Assembly: GCF_009914755.1 (NCBI RefSeq)
Contig: NC_060937.1
Direction: 5' to 3' (one strand)
Length of the DNA: 64,000 bases
Source: the human T2T-CHM13v2.0 reference genome, Homo sapiens
A program made the translations under genes and the position numbers. The notes under the pieces are model-generated. The model worked only from the letters and a program-made list of their open reading frames with translations, did no database searches and was not told where the DNA came from. Shown here in pieces: positions 28,203-46,142 of this stretch; position 1 is the stretch's first letter, and each line of letters begins with the position of its first letter.

Positions 28203-29445
28203 AGATATATCATATACATCATGATATATAATATATATATCATGATATATATTATATATATGAACTATATATAAACTATAAAGCATTCTGCAAATATATC
28301 ATGATATATCATAATATATACTATATATCATATATGATATACATGATATATAATATATACTATATATGTGTATATCATGATATGATATAATATATCATAT
28401 GTCATATATGAGATATAATATATCATGTATATCATATATGATGATATACATGATATATCTTAATTTCACCTATTCATATATGATATATATGATATATAAT
28501 ATATTATTATATATTATATATGTACTGTATATTAGATATATAGCATATATCTTATATAACATGATATATATCAGATATATATTATATAATATATAATGAT
28601 ATATATCATATATAATATATATGATATATATATTATATAATATATAATGATATATATATTATATAATATATAATGATATATATAATATAATATATAATGA
28701 TATATATATTATATAATATATAATGATATATATATTATATTATATATAATGATATATATAATATAATATATAATGATATATATATTATATAATATATAAT
28801 GATATATATATTATATAATATATAAAGATATATATATAATATAATATATAATGATATATATATTATATATTATATAATGATATATATATTATATAATATA
28901 TAAAGATATATATATTATATAATATATAATGATATATATATTATATATTATATAATGATATATATATTATATAATATATATGATATATATATTATATAAT
29001 ATATAATGATATATATTATATAATATATAATGATATATATATTATATAATATATAATGAGATATATTATATAATGATATATATATTATATAATATATAAT
29101 GAGATATATTATATAATGATATATATATTATATAATATATAATGAGATATATTATATAATATATAATGATATATATATTATATAATATATAATGATATAT
29201 ATATTATATAATATATAATGATATATATATTATATAATATATAATGATATATATTATATAATATATATGATTATATATTATATAATATATATGATATATA
29301 TATTATATAATATATATGATATATATATTATATAATATATAATGATATATATTATATAATATATAATGATATATATATTATATGTAATGATGTAACATAT
29401 ATCATAACATGTATCAGATATAAATTATATATTATCATATATACT
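28203..29445. repeat. AT-rich minisatellite/low-complexity array (core unit about 26 bp, TGATATATATATTATATAATATATAA)
   Basis: Regular units from about 28560 to 29390 with degenerate flanks; no C in most of the core (about 28610-29395). Confidence 0.95.
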
Positions 29446-29451
29446 CATTGC

Positions 29452-29802
29452 CAGTTTTTCTGGCAAGGTGTTATTTCATTGTTTTTCTGAATGAAATTGT
29501 TTATTTTCCCTTAGCTTTTCAACTTAATTTTATTGGATATAAAATTCTAGGTCAACAATTTTTTTCCTTTTTAACCAGTTTTATCATGGTATAATTAACA
29601 AACACAAGTGGTATATATTTAATGTGCATTATGATGTTCTGATATTGATACATTATGAAATGCTTGCATAAATCAAGCTAATTCATATAATTAACATATC
29701 AATTACCCTACATAGTTATTGTGTGTGTGTGTGTGTGTGTGTGGTGAGAACATTTAAGATCTACTCTGTTAGCAAATTTCAAGTATACAATCCAGTATTA
29801 TT
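29452..29802 (-). mobile_element. Old L1M fragment joined to an L1MA 3' end (duplicate of 36824-37140)
   Basis: aaaattctaggtcaaca junction, then the L1MA 3' end (gagaacatttaagatctactct...caagtatacaat). Confidence 0.8.
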
Positions 29803-29897
29803 CTGATCCTGAATAGGTGGAATTAAGATCAATGAGTACATATATATATATATATATATATAAACGTTTCTGTGCATTTGTACATGTGTGTGTGTGT

Positions 29898-30240
29898 GTA
29901 TGCTCCTTGACACTTTATGATGGGAGTACATGTTGATAAACCTATCATAAATTCAAAATATCATAAATTGAAATTGCATATAACACAACGAATCTATCAA
30001 ACATCATAGCTTATCTTAGCCTACCTTAAACGTGCTCAGAACACTTATATTAGCCTACAGTTAGGCAACATCATCTAACACTGGGCCTATTTTATAATAC
30101 ATGAATATCTCATGTAACTTATTGAATACGTTGCTGAAAGTGATAAACTATATGCTTATATGTATACTCAAAATATGGTTTCTACTGAATGTGTATCATT
30201 TTTCAACATCCTTAAGTACAAAAATCATAAATCAAACCAA
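29898..30240 (+). mobile_element. MER47A-like (Tigger5-derived) MITE
   Basis: catcatagctt...agcctaccttaaacgtgctcagaacactta...tagcctacagtt; flanked by (TG)n and (CA)n tracts. Confidence 0.85.
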
Positions 30241-30292
30241 GACACACACGCACACATACACACATACACACACATACACACATACACACACA
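30241..30292. repeat. (CA/TA)n microsatellite; other simple repeats at 29720-29742 (TG), 29839-29862 (AT), 30457-30486 (ATC)
   Basis: Direct reading. Confidence 0.9.
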
Positions 30293-30509
30293 CTGGTATA
30301 TACTGCATGATGAAATATATTTGCTAAACACCTTATATTTTTATTATGGGCCTCAAGACTAATCTCATTCCTAGAATAAGAATCACCATGTCAAATATTT
30401 TACCTTTTATGAGTTATCCAGCACCAAAGGGACAGCCTGGCAGTAATTACTGTTTTTATCATCATTATCATCATCATCATCATTATCCATTATCAACAAC
30501 ACATTCAGA

Positions 30510-30750
30510 ATAAGTAAGTGGTATAATCTCAGCAATCATACTTTCTGGGTTTGAACCCTGCCTTTTAAGCTGTGTAACACTGGAAAAATGACTCTACTCA
30601 GTCTGAATTTTCACATGCACAAAATGTGGATATAAATAATGCTTAGACCTCAGAGTTCTTGTGAGGATTAAACAAGCTAAAACATTTAATTGGATTAGCA
30701 GAATGTCTGGTATGTGATAAACATTAAAAAAATCTTAGCCACTATTTTCA
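30510..30750 (+). mobile_element. MIR
   Basis: ctgggtttgaaccctgcc; cctcagagttcttgtgaggattaaa. Confidence 0.75.
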
Positions 30751-31639
30751 CCATTAGTGAAGCTTATATTTGCAAAATGCTTTATAGTTTAATCCACTCC
30801 CACTTAATCTAATTATTGATATCATTGGTATATTTCATACAGATTTGTTCCAAGTGTTCTGTGTTCTTTTATTCTCTCTCTTCTGCCTTCTTTTGGGCCA
30901 GTGAAATATTTTTAATATCCCATTTTATATATTCCGTGGAATTTCCAAATATAACATTTTGTATTACTTTATTTATTTACTGGTTTCTGTAGAGATTACA
31001 ATATGCAACTTTAGCTTTTCACAGTCCATGTCCAAATAATTTTATATGACTTCATAAAAAATTCAGAATCTTTCAGCAGTTCAATTCTATATCCCTTTCC
31101 TGCCCTTTTTGCTTTTTATTTTATAATTTACATATATATATACTGTAAAACTCAAGATACATTAATAATATTCCTTTAAACTGTAAATAATCTCTTAAAA
31201 ATATATACCAGTGTATATATGTGTGTGCATTTGTATAAAGTTTTAAATTTTTAAAATAATTTTTATTTAATAATTTTAAAACAATTTGTAATCTTTTCCC
31301 TCATATTTACCCTTTTTGGTGCTCTGTATTTGTCCCTGTAGATTCGGGCTTCCTTTTTTTTTTCTTTTAATTAGAACAACAAGACAAAAACACCAACCTG
31401 CAAAAAAGATCTTTTTATTTTCTTTATTTCTTCTAACAACAACAACAACAAAAAAAAACTGGCTACATGTGCAGAATGTGCAGGTTTGTTACATAGGTAT
31501 ACACATGCCATGGTGGTTTGCTGTACCTTCTGACCTGTCCTCTAAGTTCCCTCCCCTCACCCCTCAACCTCCCAACAGGCCCCAGTGTGTGATGTTCCCG
31601 TCCCTGTGTCCATGTGTTCTCAATGTTCAGCTCCCACTT

Positions 31640-34700
<3,061 letters not shown>

Positions 34701-35548
34701 AATTTTGGGTTGAAAATTCTTTTCCTTAAGAATGCTGAATATTGGTTCCCAATCTTTTCTGGCTTGTGGAGTTTCTGCTGAGAGGTCTGCTGTTAGTCTG
34801 GTGGGCTTCCCTTTATAGGTGACCTGGCCTTTCTCTCTGGCTGCCCTTAACAATTTTTCCTTCATTTTGACCTTAGAGTATCTGCTGATTATGTGTCTTG
34901 GGGTTGATCTTCTCATGGAGTATCTTAATTGTGTTCTCTGTATTTCCTGAATTTGCATGTTAACTTGTCTCGCTAGGTTGGGGAAGTTCTCCTGGATAAT
35001 ATCCTGAAGTGTGTTTTCCAGCTTGTTTCCATTCTCCCCATCTCCTTCTGGTACTCCAATAAATCATAGGTTTGGTCTTTTTATGAAGTCCCATATTTCT
35101 TGGAGGCTTTGTTTATTCATTTTCATTCGTTTTTCTCTATACTTGTCTACATGTCTTATTTCAGGAAAGTGTTCTTTCTTCAATCTCTGATATCCTTTCT
35201 TCCGCTTGGTTGATTCAGCTGTTGATACTTGCATATGCTTCACAACTTTCTCATGCTGTATTTTTCAGCTCCATCAGGTCGCATATGTTCCTCTCTAAAC
35301 TGGTTATTCTAGTTAGCAATTCCTCTAACTTTTTATCAAGGTTCTTAGCGTCTTTGCATTGGGTTAGAACATGCTCCTTTAGCTCATTATAGTTGTTTAT
35401 TATCCATCTTCTGAAGACTACTTCTGTCAATTCATCCATTTCATCCTCCGTCCAAATCTGCACCCTTGATGGAGAGACTGGGATCATTTGGAGAAGAGGC
35501 ACTCTGGCCTTTTGGGTTTTCAGCATTTTTTTGTGGATTCTTTCTCGT
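34701..35548 (-). pseudogene. Fragmented L1 ORF1, C-terminus deleted
   Basis: IQEIQRT...RRSTPRHII...[15 protein letters not shown]...KEKNFQP; coiled-coil RITSLERNI..LMELKNTA; presumptive start codon reads ACG at 35546-35548. Confidence 0.9.
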
Positions 35549-36927
35549 CTTTGTGAGTTTGTCTAGTTTTGATCTTTGAGGCTGCTGACCCTTGGATGGG
35601 GTTTTTGTGGGGACTTTTTCTTGTTGTTGTTGTTGATGCTGTTGTTGTCATTTTCTGCTTGTTTGTTTTTCTTTCAATAGTCAGTCCCTCTTCTGTAGGG
35701 CTGCAGCGATTTTCTGGCAGTTCACTTCAGGCTCTGCTCGTCTGATTTGCTCCCATGCCTGGAGATGTCACTCAAGGCAGTTGGAGAGCAGCAAAGATGG
35801 GTGCCTGCTCCTTCTTCTGGGACCTCTGACCTTGAGGGGCACCAACCTGATGCCAGTAGCATTGCTCCTGTATAGGGTGTCTGACAATCCTTGTTGGAGG
35901 GTCTCACCCAGTTGGGTTGCATGGGGAGCAGGACCCATTTAACGAAGTGCTTTGTCCTTTAGTTGACAGGGCATGTTTTCCTGGGGGGAAACCCACTCGT
36001 CTGGACTGCCCAAATTCCAGAGAACTACCAGGAGGAGAGGCTAAGTCTGTTGCTTTGTGGAGACTGTCCCAATTGGCTCAGGCCAATTGGCTCAGGCCCA
36101 GGGAGATTTGAATTCTGTCCCTCAGCTTCTGGTTGGAGTTACTGGAGATCCTGCAAGTAAGCCCAGTCCACTGAGGAGGAATGGGTCAGGGTTAGGCATG
36201 AAGAGGCATTCTGTCAACGGACTGCCACAGCTGGTGTGTTGGGCTGTGGAGAAAAGTCTTGGGACCAAGCTGTCCAGCCTCCCTGGCTCCAGCAGAGGAA
36301 AAGCACAGCTATAGAAATGGGTGCTGCCCTAGCTCCCGCCCAGGGAGCTTATTGTGTTAGGCAGTTGTGAGTCCCAGTGCTGGCTGCTACTGCACCTCCC
36401 CCAAGGAGCCCAAAAGGCTTACACAGCAGGCAGTGGCAGTGGGTGCTGGTCACCCCTTCCTCTGGGAGTTTGGTAGGCTTAAGCAGACTCCAGCTGAGAG
36501 GCTTTCAGAATCTGTGCATTCCAGGGATGGGATGCTAGGCCCCTGTAGGATGGGTTCATGAGTGGGATCTTTTGATCTGTGGGTTCACCACATTGCTCTT
36601 CCTTCTCTCCATGGGTCACGCCAGCCTTTTGGTCAATTTTGATGAGAAAACCTGGATATCTTGGTTATCAGTGAAGGACTGACATGCTTATTATGTTTTT
36701 TTTTTCAACGGGAGCCTCCTAGTGCCGCTGCTTCTGGTCGGCCATGTTGACCCCACCCTCCGGGCTTCCTTTTGATATCACTTTTCCTCCCCCTGAAAAA
36801 CTTCTTTGAATATTTCTTTAGTACAGTTTTTGTGGCAACGTATTATTTCGTTGTTTGTCTGAAGTTGTTTATTTTGTCTTAATTTTTCAGTGTGATCGTA
36901 TTGTATGTAAAATTCTAGGTCAACATT

Positions 36928-37428
36928 TGTTTTTTTTCTACTTTTATTGTGGTATAATTAACAAATACACATTGTTTATATTTAGCATGCAATGTGATGT
37001 TCTGATTTTGATACATTTGACATGATTGCCAAAATCAAGTTAATTAATATATCAATTACCTCACACAGTTATCATGTGTGTGTGTTGAGAACATTTAAGA
37101 TCTACTTTCTTAGCAAGTTTCAAGTGTATAATCCAGTATAATTAACTATAGTCATCATGCTGAATATTAAATCTCCAGAACTTATTGATCCTTCCTAACT
37201 GAAATTTTGTACCCTTTGACCACCATCTCCTCATTTCCCTCAGCCTCCGAAAACTACCATTTACTCTCTGATTCTATGAATTTGACTTTTTTATATTCTG
37301 CATATAAGTGAGATCATACAGTGTTTGTCTTTTTGTGTCTGGCTTATTTCACCTAGCGTAATGTCCTTCAGGTTCATTCGTGTTGTTGCAAATGACAAAA
37401 TTTCTTTCTTTTTTAAGGCAGTAATATT

Positions 37429-37466
<38 letters not shown>

Positions 37467-38118
37467 GAATTTTTATGGAATTTTTTTATCCATTTAAGTG
37501 GCATTAGACACTAAGGCTTGTTTAATATATTGGCTACTGTGGATAATGCTACAATGACATGGGAGTGAAGATATATTTTTAACAACATATAGATTACATT
37601 TTCTTTGAATATATATCAACAAATGGAATTGTTGGATCATATAGTAGTTCTATGTTTAAATTTTTGAGGAACCTCCATACTGTTTTCCGTAATGGCTGTA
37701 CAGATTTGTATTCCCACCAACAGCATGTAAAGGTAACTTTTCTCCACATTCTTGCCAACACTTGTTATCTTTTGTCTTTTTAATAATAGCCTTGTGGGCA
37801 GGTGTGAGGTGATATCTAATTGTGGGTTTGATTTGTATTTCTCTGATGATTAGTTATACTGAGAATTTTTAGTATACTTATTGGCCATTTTGAGAACCAT
37901 CTATTCAAGTCCTTTTCCCATTTTTAAATTAGTTTATTTGTTTTGAGTTGTATGAGTTCCTTGTAAATTTTGTATATTGACAGCTTACCAGATATGTTTT
38001 GCAAATATTGTATCCCATTCCACAGATTGTCTTGTCACTCTGTTGATGGTTTCCCTGCAGTGTAGAATTTTGTAGTTCGATGCAATCCCATTTGTCAATT
38101 TTTACTTTTGTCACTTGC
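36928..38118 (-). mobile_element. L1MA (L1MA8/9-like) 3' fragment with an internal (TG)n at 37433-37463
   Basis: gagaacatttaagatctact...aaatctccagaacttatt...ctaactgaaattttgtaccctttgacc; tttttgaggaacctccatactgttttcc. Confidence 0.85.
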
Positions 38119-38597
38119 GGACAGTTTATTTTTCCTTTCAGCATTTGAGAGGTGTAGTTTTGTAGTCCTGAAACTTCTATTGTTTCTGAAAAATCAGCTT
38201 TAAATTTTATTTGTTCCTCTGAAAATGGTACACCTTTTTCTGACTGCTTTTAAGATATTTTTCTTAATTTTTCATTTTTAGCAAAAGTCATAGTTGGATT
38301 TTTGACTATGATTCAACAAGATATGGTTTTCTTTTCATTATTCTCACTTGGAGTTCACTGAATTTCTTGTATCTGTGGATGTATGTCTTTTGTCAATTTG
38401 AGAAAATTATTGGCAAAATTTTATATTTGCCAACAATTTTTTAATCTTTAAAAAATTGTTTGCAGCCCATTTTCTTTCTAATCTACTTTACGGACTCAAA
38501 TTACACATATGATACACCATTCGATATTGTCCTGTGTCTCTCAGATGCTATATTGTTTTCTTATTTTTAATTTTATCTCTGTTTTCAGTTTGGGTAA

Positions 38598-39007
<410 letters not shown>

Positions 39008-40076
39008 TAAAAGTCCTCTTTGAAGATTGCAACATATTGGGAATCTCTGAGTCTACTTTTATTAACTACTTCCTCTCTTGACTATGGCTCCCATTTCCTT
39101 GCTCCCACATGCGTCCTATAAATTTTTATTGTATATTTGACTTTGTGTATAAAAGAAATGCTATAATAACATTTAACCCCAGAAAAGAGCAGGAAAAGTC
39201 CTGATAGGGTACCAGCATGTGTTGGGTGGGGGGGGGGTTGTGCTATATCAATTTAGTCTGTAATTGAGCTGCTTCTTGGCTCTGCTGCAGCTTTAGTTTA
39301 ATACAGTTGACTACATCTTCAAAGATTTTAAAGAGATATCAGGACTTTACTTTCATAAAGGCTTGATATCTGAGCACTGGCAAAGACTCAAAATATCATT
39401 TTCTGCTTTATGGCCTGGCTATCAGCTTTTCTGGGTCACTGAGAGCTCTTTTCTCTCTAGCCTTCTGTATCTTGCAAGACTTCTCCACTCTGCTGTACTC
39501 TTTTGTCTTTGTAGAGCCACTGCAAAGCACTTAGTAAGACCTGGAATGCCTGAGAGGGCCTCTCTCATTTCTCCTTCCCTGCCCTGTGCTTTTGGCATAC
39601 TGTCCCCATCAACTCAGAGAAGACCCAGAAGAAAGAGTTCGAGTATGTTGAAAATTATGTCTACAGCTCCTGGGAATTTTGATCAGTATGGTATTTCACA
39701 AGCAGGTATTAAAAATTTGTTAAAGTCCCCCAACTGACTTATTTGTATCCCCTTCTATGAAGGATTCTTTCTGCTTCCATCATTCTGCCAACAAGGAAAG
39801 CAGCCATGGAGAGTTTGTCACCTTACGGAATATAGTTCATTTGAAGTTTTAAATTTTTCATACTCAGCCATCTGGTGATTTTTTTTAAAAGCTCTGTTTT
39901 TGTAAATTAACTTACTTGTTCTAGATGTTATCCAAATTTTTAAAATACCCACAACCTCCTGGTAGATATAAAGAGATTATTCTTCATAGAAAAGACAATG
40001 GCTTGCAGTACATTTTTTGATTGAATAATAAATAAGTGAGTGGATGAACACATGAATTAAGAAAAGAGCACACTAG

Positions 40077-40398
<322 letters not shown>

Positions 40399-40709
40399 CA
40401 AACCAAAGGTTTTTAAGATGAAAAGTATGTTTAAGTATGTTTCCATTGTAAGCTATTTCCCTATATTTCCCTAAAATAAAGCCAAGTTTGGATGCAAGGA
40501 TTACCCATCACCTTCTTACCCCACAGAGCCATCTTTTCAGTTTGACTTGTTATTGCCACTCCAGAGTCTTTGCATGATATTTTGTATATCCCAAAAACAA
40601 GCCCTAAGCACATAATGATGCATTAGAAGAAACACCTTGCATACAACAGGAAAATATTATGTGGTCAACTCAAGGATATTTATGCATTTATTTGGTAAAT
40701 GTGAGCTTG

Positions 40710-41115
40710 TGAAGTAGTCTCACTTTATATTTCCAACACTCACCAACAACTCTATAGTGTAGTGATTATTATTCCCATTCTGTAAATAAGGAAAGTGAGA
40801 GTCAGAGAGCTCACACAGCTACTAAGATGGAAAGCTGCACTTTAAATCTGTGCCCTTTTTACTAAGCCACGAATTCTAAGTTATTATAAATTTAATTCCT
40901 TATATGGAGTTGATACAGCCAATATGTAAACAAGCATTGTCTAGTTTGATCAACATAGACAATCCTGTGAGATAATCTGGGCAAGCATTTTATTTTAGAG
41001 AGCAAGAAATGGAGACTCAGACAGATTGAGAACATGCTGATATGAATATTATATTCAGCTCTTGGCCCTGGGAGCTCTGACTCCTAGTCCTTTGCTCCTT
41101 CTCCTGCGTGTCACT
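40710..41115 (-). mobile_element. Two MIR fragments (about 40710-40870 and 40960-41115)
   Basis: attattattcccattctgtaaataaggaaagtgagagtcagagag; aatcctgtgagat...gaaatggagactcaga...tctgactcctagtcc. Confidence 0.7.
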
Positions 41116-42748
41116 GTTTCTCATGCTTTCTTGTTTAAGGTTTTAGTAATGACAGAAAGCTGGTAAATTTACTCTATCATAACTCTGGTCTCATGAATAA
41201 AGAAATGGTAATGAATGCCCTTTTAATAAGACATTTTCATAGTCCAGAACCATTTACCAATTTAAAATCTATATCATGGTGGAAGTCAAACAGCCAAAGT
41301 ATAGTCTTAATTTTTATATTATTCAGCTAGAGGGAGTCTAGTTTTGTTGGGGGGAAGCTTATTAACCTCAACATTTTTTCTAAGAATTTGTTATTTTATC
41401 ATGTACAAGGTTAAAAAATGCCAAACGTCATATTAAGATAGCTGCAAGCAATTAGAATTCAAAGGTCACCATCTTACACAGATTTAGAGCATGGTTCCAG
41501 CATTTTTCTCTTCTGTTTCACTGGGACTTTTATTCAGCACTGAAAAAGCCATTCATTTTGTAAAGGTTAATTCGTAACTCTGGATTTGATGAAGTGCTCT
41601 GCCTGTATCATCTGCATTTTATCACTGCGTCGGCGTCAGCCAAACCCTCTTCCCTGATCAGAACTGGCCTGCCTCTGTCAGAGACTGAAAATTCACCCTC
41701 CCTCTCTTGGTTCTGTCGTCCCACAGGGTTCCATAATGACTACATTTCATGAATCATGCCCCTCTCCTTTCCTAGTCAATAGGTAGACAGAATTGCTGCC
41801 TTTCACTTTTCCTTTCAGCAGTTACCTTTCAAATGTGCACAATTTAATAATTAATTTTGACCTTCTGTTTATAAATTCTAGTGGGTAAAATAGATTCAAT
41901 TTTCTTTCTGTTTGTTTTTTTTTAACTAGAGTTAATTTTTATTTTGATGTCCTACCTCACTGGGGAACAGAAACATCTCAGTCATTCCAGGGTCTCTCTC
42001 CTTTCCTTAGTGTTACTTCTAGGTTCCTAGGGTAGGACTTCAATGGTACTGAGGTGCTGGGGCAGGGGAGGCCTCTGGTCATCTTTGTCTCAAATCATTA
42101 CTGGCATGTGATAAGATGTCTGCATACTTATCCATTTCTTAGCCATCTGTCTGAGCAGGTCGCTGGTGTTGCTATCTTGTCCTATTCATGACTTTTAAAT
42201 GGCCACCAGTTCTCTGTGTCATATGTGTCATATGCACGCTGTTTTTGGTTTTACCAGTAATCATGCTCCTCACTTTCCATAAGGGTTTGTGTAGATTCTT
42301 CAAGGTCATCTCATGATTATTAGCCCAGATTCTGCCCTCAAGTTTATGGCCTGAGAGCCAGGGCCCAGGGCTTAACACCTGGGTGGAACCATGTGATCCC
42401 TGGAGTTATCCCACCCAGAGCTGGTGTATAGAATGGACCAAATTTTTTCAGTCCAGCATCTCAATTTCCTTCCGCTTTGGGGGAAATACCCTAGACTGTG
42501 TACATTTGGAGAGTAGTAGTTCCTTCTCTCCCTTTACAGAAGGTAAAGTGGGAGATAATCCCATTTTGCTGACAATACAAGAGCATACAAGAGCGCATGA
42601 CCTAGCCATAGCCAGTCTGATCCTTCCCCAGCAAGTCTCTGTGGTTGTGGGGCTTTCTGCCTTACCTCCCCAGATTTGGCCAATTTTCCTTCATGTGATT
42701 CTTCTTGTTATCCATTAATTCAGTGTGCCACCTGCTAAACTTCTGATA

Positions 42749-43070
42749 CAGGCTTATGAAATATTTGGGACCAGAAGGGTTTCAGATTGGGGATTTTTTG
42801 ATTTTGGAATATTTGCACATATATAATGAGACATCTTGGGGATGGAACCCAACTCTTAACATGAAATTCATTTATGTTTCATATATACCTTACATACATA
42901 GCCTGAAGGTAATTTTATAGAACATTTTAAATTATTTTTTGCATGAAGCAAAGTTTGTATTATGTACTTATGTATGGAATTTTCTACCTCTGGCATCCTG
43001 TCAGTGCTCACAGAGTTTTGTATTTTGGAACATTTGAGATGTTGGATTTTCAAATTAGGGATGCTCAACC
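42749..43070. mobile_element. Tigger4b (MER46/Zombi)-like MITE
   Basis: TA|CAGG start; tttgggaccagaag; catagcctgaaggtaattttata; attagggatgctcaacct|ATA end. Confidence 0.88.
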
Positions 43071-44251
43071 TATATATCCCTTTTCTGTTCAATAGCCAGG
43101 ATCAGTTTCAAATACTTAATCTGTAATCCAAACTATTATAGAACAGGATGAACAGTGTCTGTTGCATGAGGTACCTAGGCAGATGGGTTGGATCAATTTC
43201 AGATTGTCTCATTATATATGTGCCTTGGAGGGGTGAGGAGAACAGTAGCATATTTATAAAGACAGACATTCATAGCACAGATTATTGGCACACTTGAAAG
43301 CCTTGCTATTGGGACAAGGACTTGCATAGGTCAATGCCTGAAGACAAGACAGGAATGAAAACACCTCAGAGGATGCCCCAGTGTGGAGCAGTGGCAACAT
43401 CTGATAAGCAGACACTTCTCTCCATGTGTCACTACTATTCTAGACACCTCATCATTTAGATGCAACTCTAGGGAAAATGTTTAGAACTTGAAAGAATGTG
43501 GGCTCAAAATAGAAATTAAGTTCAGTTATAGAAAAAAATTGTCAGATTTCTTGCATACTTGAACTTGGTACTAAATGACATATATATTAGAAAGAGTAAA
43601 GCCCCTTTCATTCAGAGAAAGAAGAGTTAGTCTGTATGCACGAACCTTTTGCGATTGTATTTATTTATAATTTCAACCTGCCTACTTCCACAAGGGGCTT
43701 GAGGCAGCTGAGCTTTGGTTGACATTCTAATGAGACAGGAGCCCAAAGAATCACCAGTGCCTGCCAGCAGCACTGTTCATTAGAGGCTGGAGGGAGGTGC
43801 CAGGGCTGCTCCGGGCATACCCAGCCTGACATGGCCATTAAGCAGCTCTGGAACTGTCTCCCATTCATTAGAGCCAAGCTGCAGTCACAGAAGCAAACGC
43901 TGCTCACAACCTGTCCAGGTTCCAGAGAGTTTGATTTCCTAGGACCTTCTTCTCATGGCTTTATGTCAACAGAATGAAGTTTATTACCTTTCAAAAACAC
44001 CAGCTTGGTCTGTTAGTGATAACAGGGGCTTTCAATCATCCATGGGGTTGTGAAGGTACATCAAACAGGCTTTACATAAACAAATGGATTTTACATATGG
44101 CTCCTTCCTGTTAAAGTGACTTTTGAGCTCACTGGGAAAGAAAGTCTATTGGACGTGATGCTGGGGAATGGACCAGAAGCGGTGTATGGTTAATTGATAC
44201 ATAAGTGGACAGGCTACTGTATATCAATGAACGCTATTACAGTAATAATCT

Positions 44252-44550
44252 GGCCGAGTGTGGTGGCTTATGCCTGTAATTCCAATGCTTTGGGAGGCCG
44301 AGGCAGGTGGATCACCTGAGGCCAGGAGTTTGAGACATGCCTGGCCAACATGGTGAAACCCCGTCTCTACCAAAAATACAAAAATTAGCCAGGCGTGGTG
44401 GCACGCACCTGTAATCCCAGCTACTCAGGAGGCTAAGGCAGGAGAATCGCTTGAACCCGGGAGGCAGAGGTTGCAGTGAGCGAGATCATGCCACTGCACT
44501 CCAGTCTGGGTGACAGAGTGAGACTCCATCTCAAAAAAAAAAAGAAAAAA
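44252..44550 (+). mobile_element. Full-length AluSx-type
   Basis: Perfect TSD AGTAATAATCT at 44241-44251 and 44551-44561. Confidence 0.97.
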
Positions 44551-45257
44551 AGTAATAATCTGTGGTGGTTGGCACTATACAAAGAACTTCATATGCTTCA
44601 CTCAGATGTCAACTGTCCTGAGCCTGCTCCTTAAGCTGCAGTTGAAATTTCTTTGATACTCCATCCACTTTAAGTCCCACGCAGCTTAAGCATAGTTAAT
44701 ATCCTCTCAAAATTTTGGGAAGTCCTGTGGCCTAACAGTCTCAGGGGCCTCTCTGCCCATGCCCCTGCAGGCACCTGTGCTGTCTTTGCTTCGCCCAACC
44801 CAGCACCAACCACACAGAAATCTGCCTGTTTACCGATTTTCACAAAACATCAACTCTCATCATCCATTTTAGAATTCTGTAAACTTCACTAAGATTTTTT
44901 TTAACCCACTATACAGTATCTTTCTATCTTTCCATCACATTTTTTTTTGTCTCCCTCTCACTCCTGAATGCTTTCCTTTTCTCTTCCCTATAAAAGCATT
45001 TCCAAAACAAAGTCAGTCTCTTTCTCATAAGAAATATTGTACTATCTGTTAAGAGAATAAAATGTTCTCCATGTTGGTTTACAGAGATGACCTTACATAA
45101 TCTGTAGGGTAACTCCATGCAGGAATTACTTTCATTCTCATTTTACATTAAAAACAACAACTTAAGGCTCGGAAAGTTTAACCTGCCCCAACTCGTAGAG
45201 CCATATAACGAGTACCAGAGAAGAATTCCAAAATGACAATTTCTATTGAATATTATT

Positions 45258-45390
45258 CTTTTTTTTGTTTCTTTGGTTTTTGTTTGTTTGTTTAGAGACA
45301 GGGTTTTTCTATGTTGCCCAAGCTAGCCTTGAACTCCTAGGCTCAAGCGATCCTCCTGCCTCAGCTTCATGAGTAGCTGGGACTAGAGTA
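45258..45390 (-). mobile_element. Alu monomer (FLAM-like); MIR fragment just upstream (about 45100-45230)
   Basis: T-rich tail then agagacaggg...tatgttgccca...gaactcctaggctcaagcgatcctcctgcctcagc. Confidence 0.8.
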
Positions 45391-45444
45391 TTTAATTTTC
45401 TGATTTAAAAAAAAAGCTTATTGGGTTGCACTCATGTTTACTAC

Positions 45445-45960
45445 TTTATTAGTATTCTATTGCTGCTACAACAAATTTCCACAAACTTAGGGGTTTAACC
45501 AATACAATTTTATAATTTCATGATTCTAGAGAAGTCTGAAAAGGACTTCACTGGGCTACAATAGAGTCAGCAGAGCCACCTTCCTTTTTGGAAGTTCTAG
45601 AGAATAATTCATTTTCTTGCCTTTTCTGGCTTCTAGAGGCTGCCCAGATCCCTCGGCTCTTGGCTCCTTCCCTCCATCTTTGAAGCCAGCAATGTGCATC
45701 TCTCTGACCATTTTTCCATACTCACATGGTCCTCCAGTCTCTCTCTGACTTTCTTTTCCACTTGTAAGGATCCCTGTGGTTGCATTGGCTCACCTGAATA
45801 ATCTAGGATGATATTCCTACCTTAAGGTCAGCTGATTAGCAACTTTAATTCCGTCTGTAACCTTAATTCCTCTTTGCCCTGTAACGTAACATATTCATAG
45901 GTTCCAGAAATCAGAACATGGACATCTTTTGAGGAAGGGGTATAATTCTGCCTACCACTT
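45445..45960 (-). mobile_element. MLT1D-like solo LTR
   Basis: aaggtcagctgattagcaactttaattcc...taacatattcataggttcc...attctgcctaccac. Confidence 0.88.
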
Positions 45961-46142
45961 AATACCAAAACTTCTTTAGCATTGTTTTGGTGAAAAATGC
46001 AAAGGATGTTTTTAAGAGCCAATAATAAACACAAATCTTAGCAGCTTTAAGAGAACACCTCATTGGGAACCTCAGATAAGTGTCAAAGATCAGAGGATCC
46101 ATGAGCTCTAACCAAAATTCTGTTATCAGTCTTTTACAATGA

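Noticed and set aside
28203-29445. Regular repeat array as CRISPR-like
   Set aside because: No unique spacers; a pure AT minisatellite in a eukaryotic genome.
36069-36098. CCAATTGGCTCAGG twice in the L1 5'UTR
   Set aside because: A small slippage duplication within a dead L1; no evidence of function.
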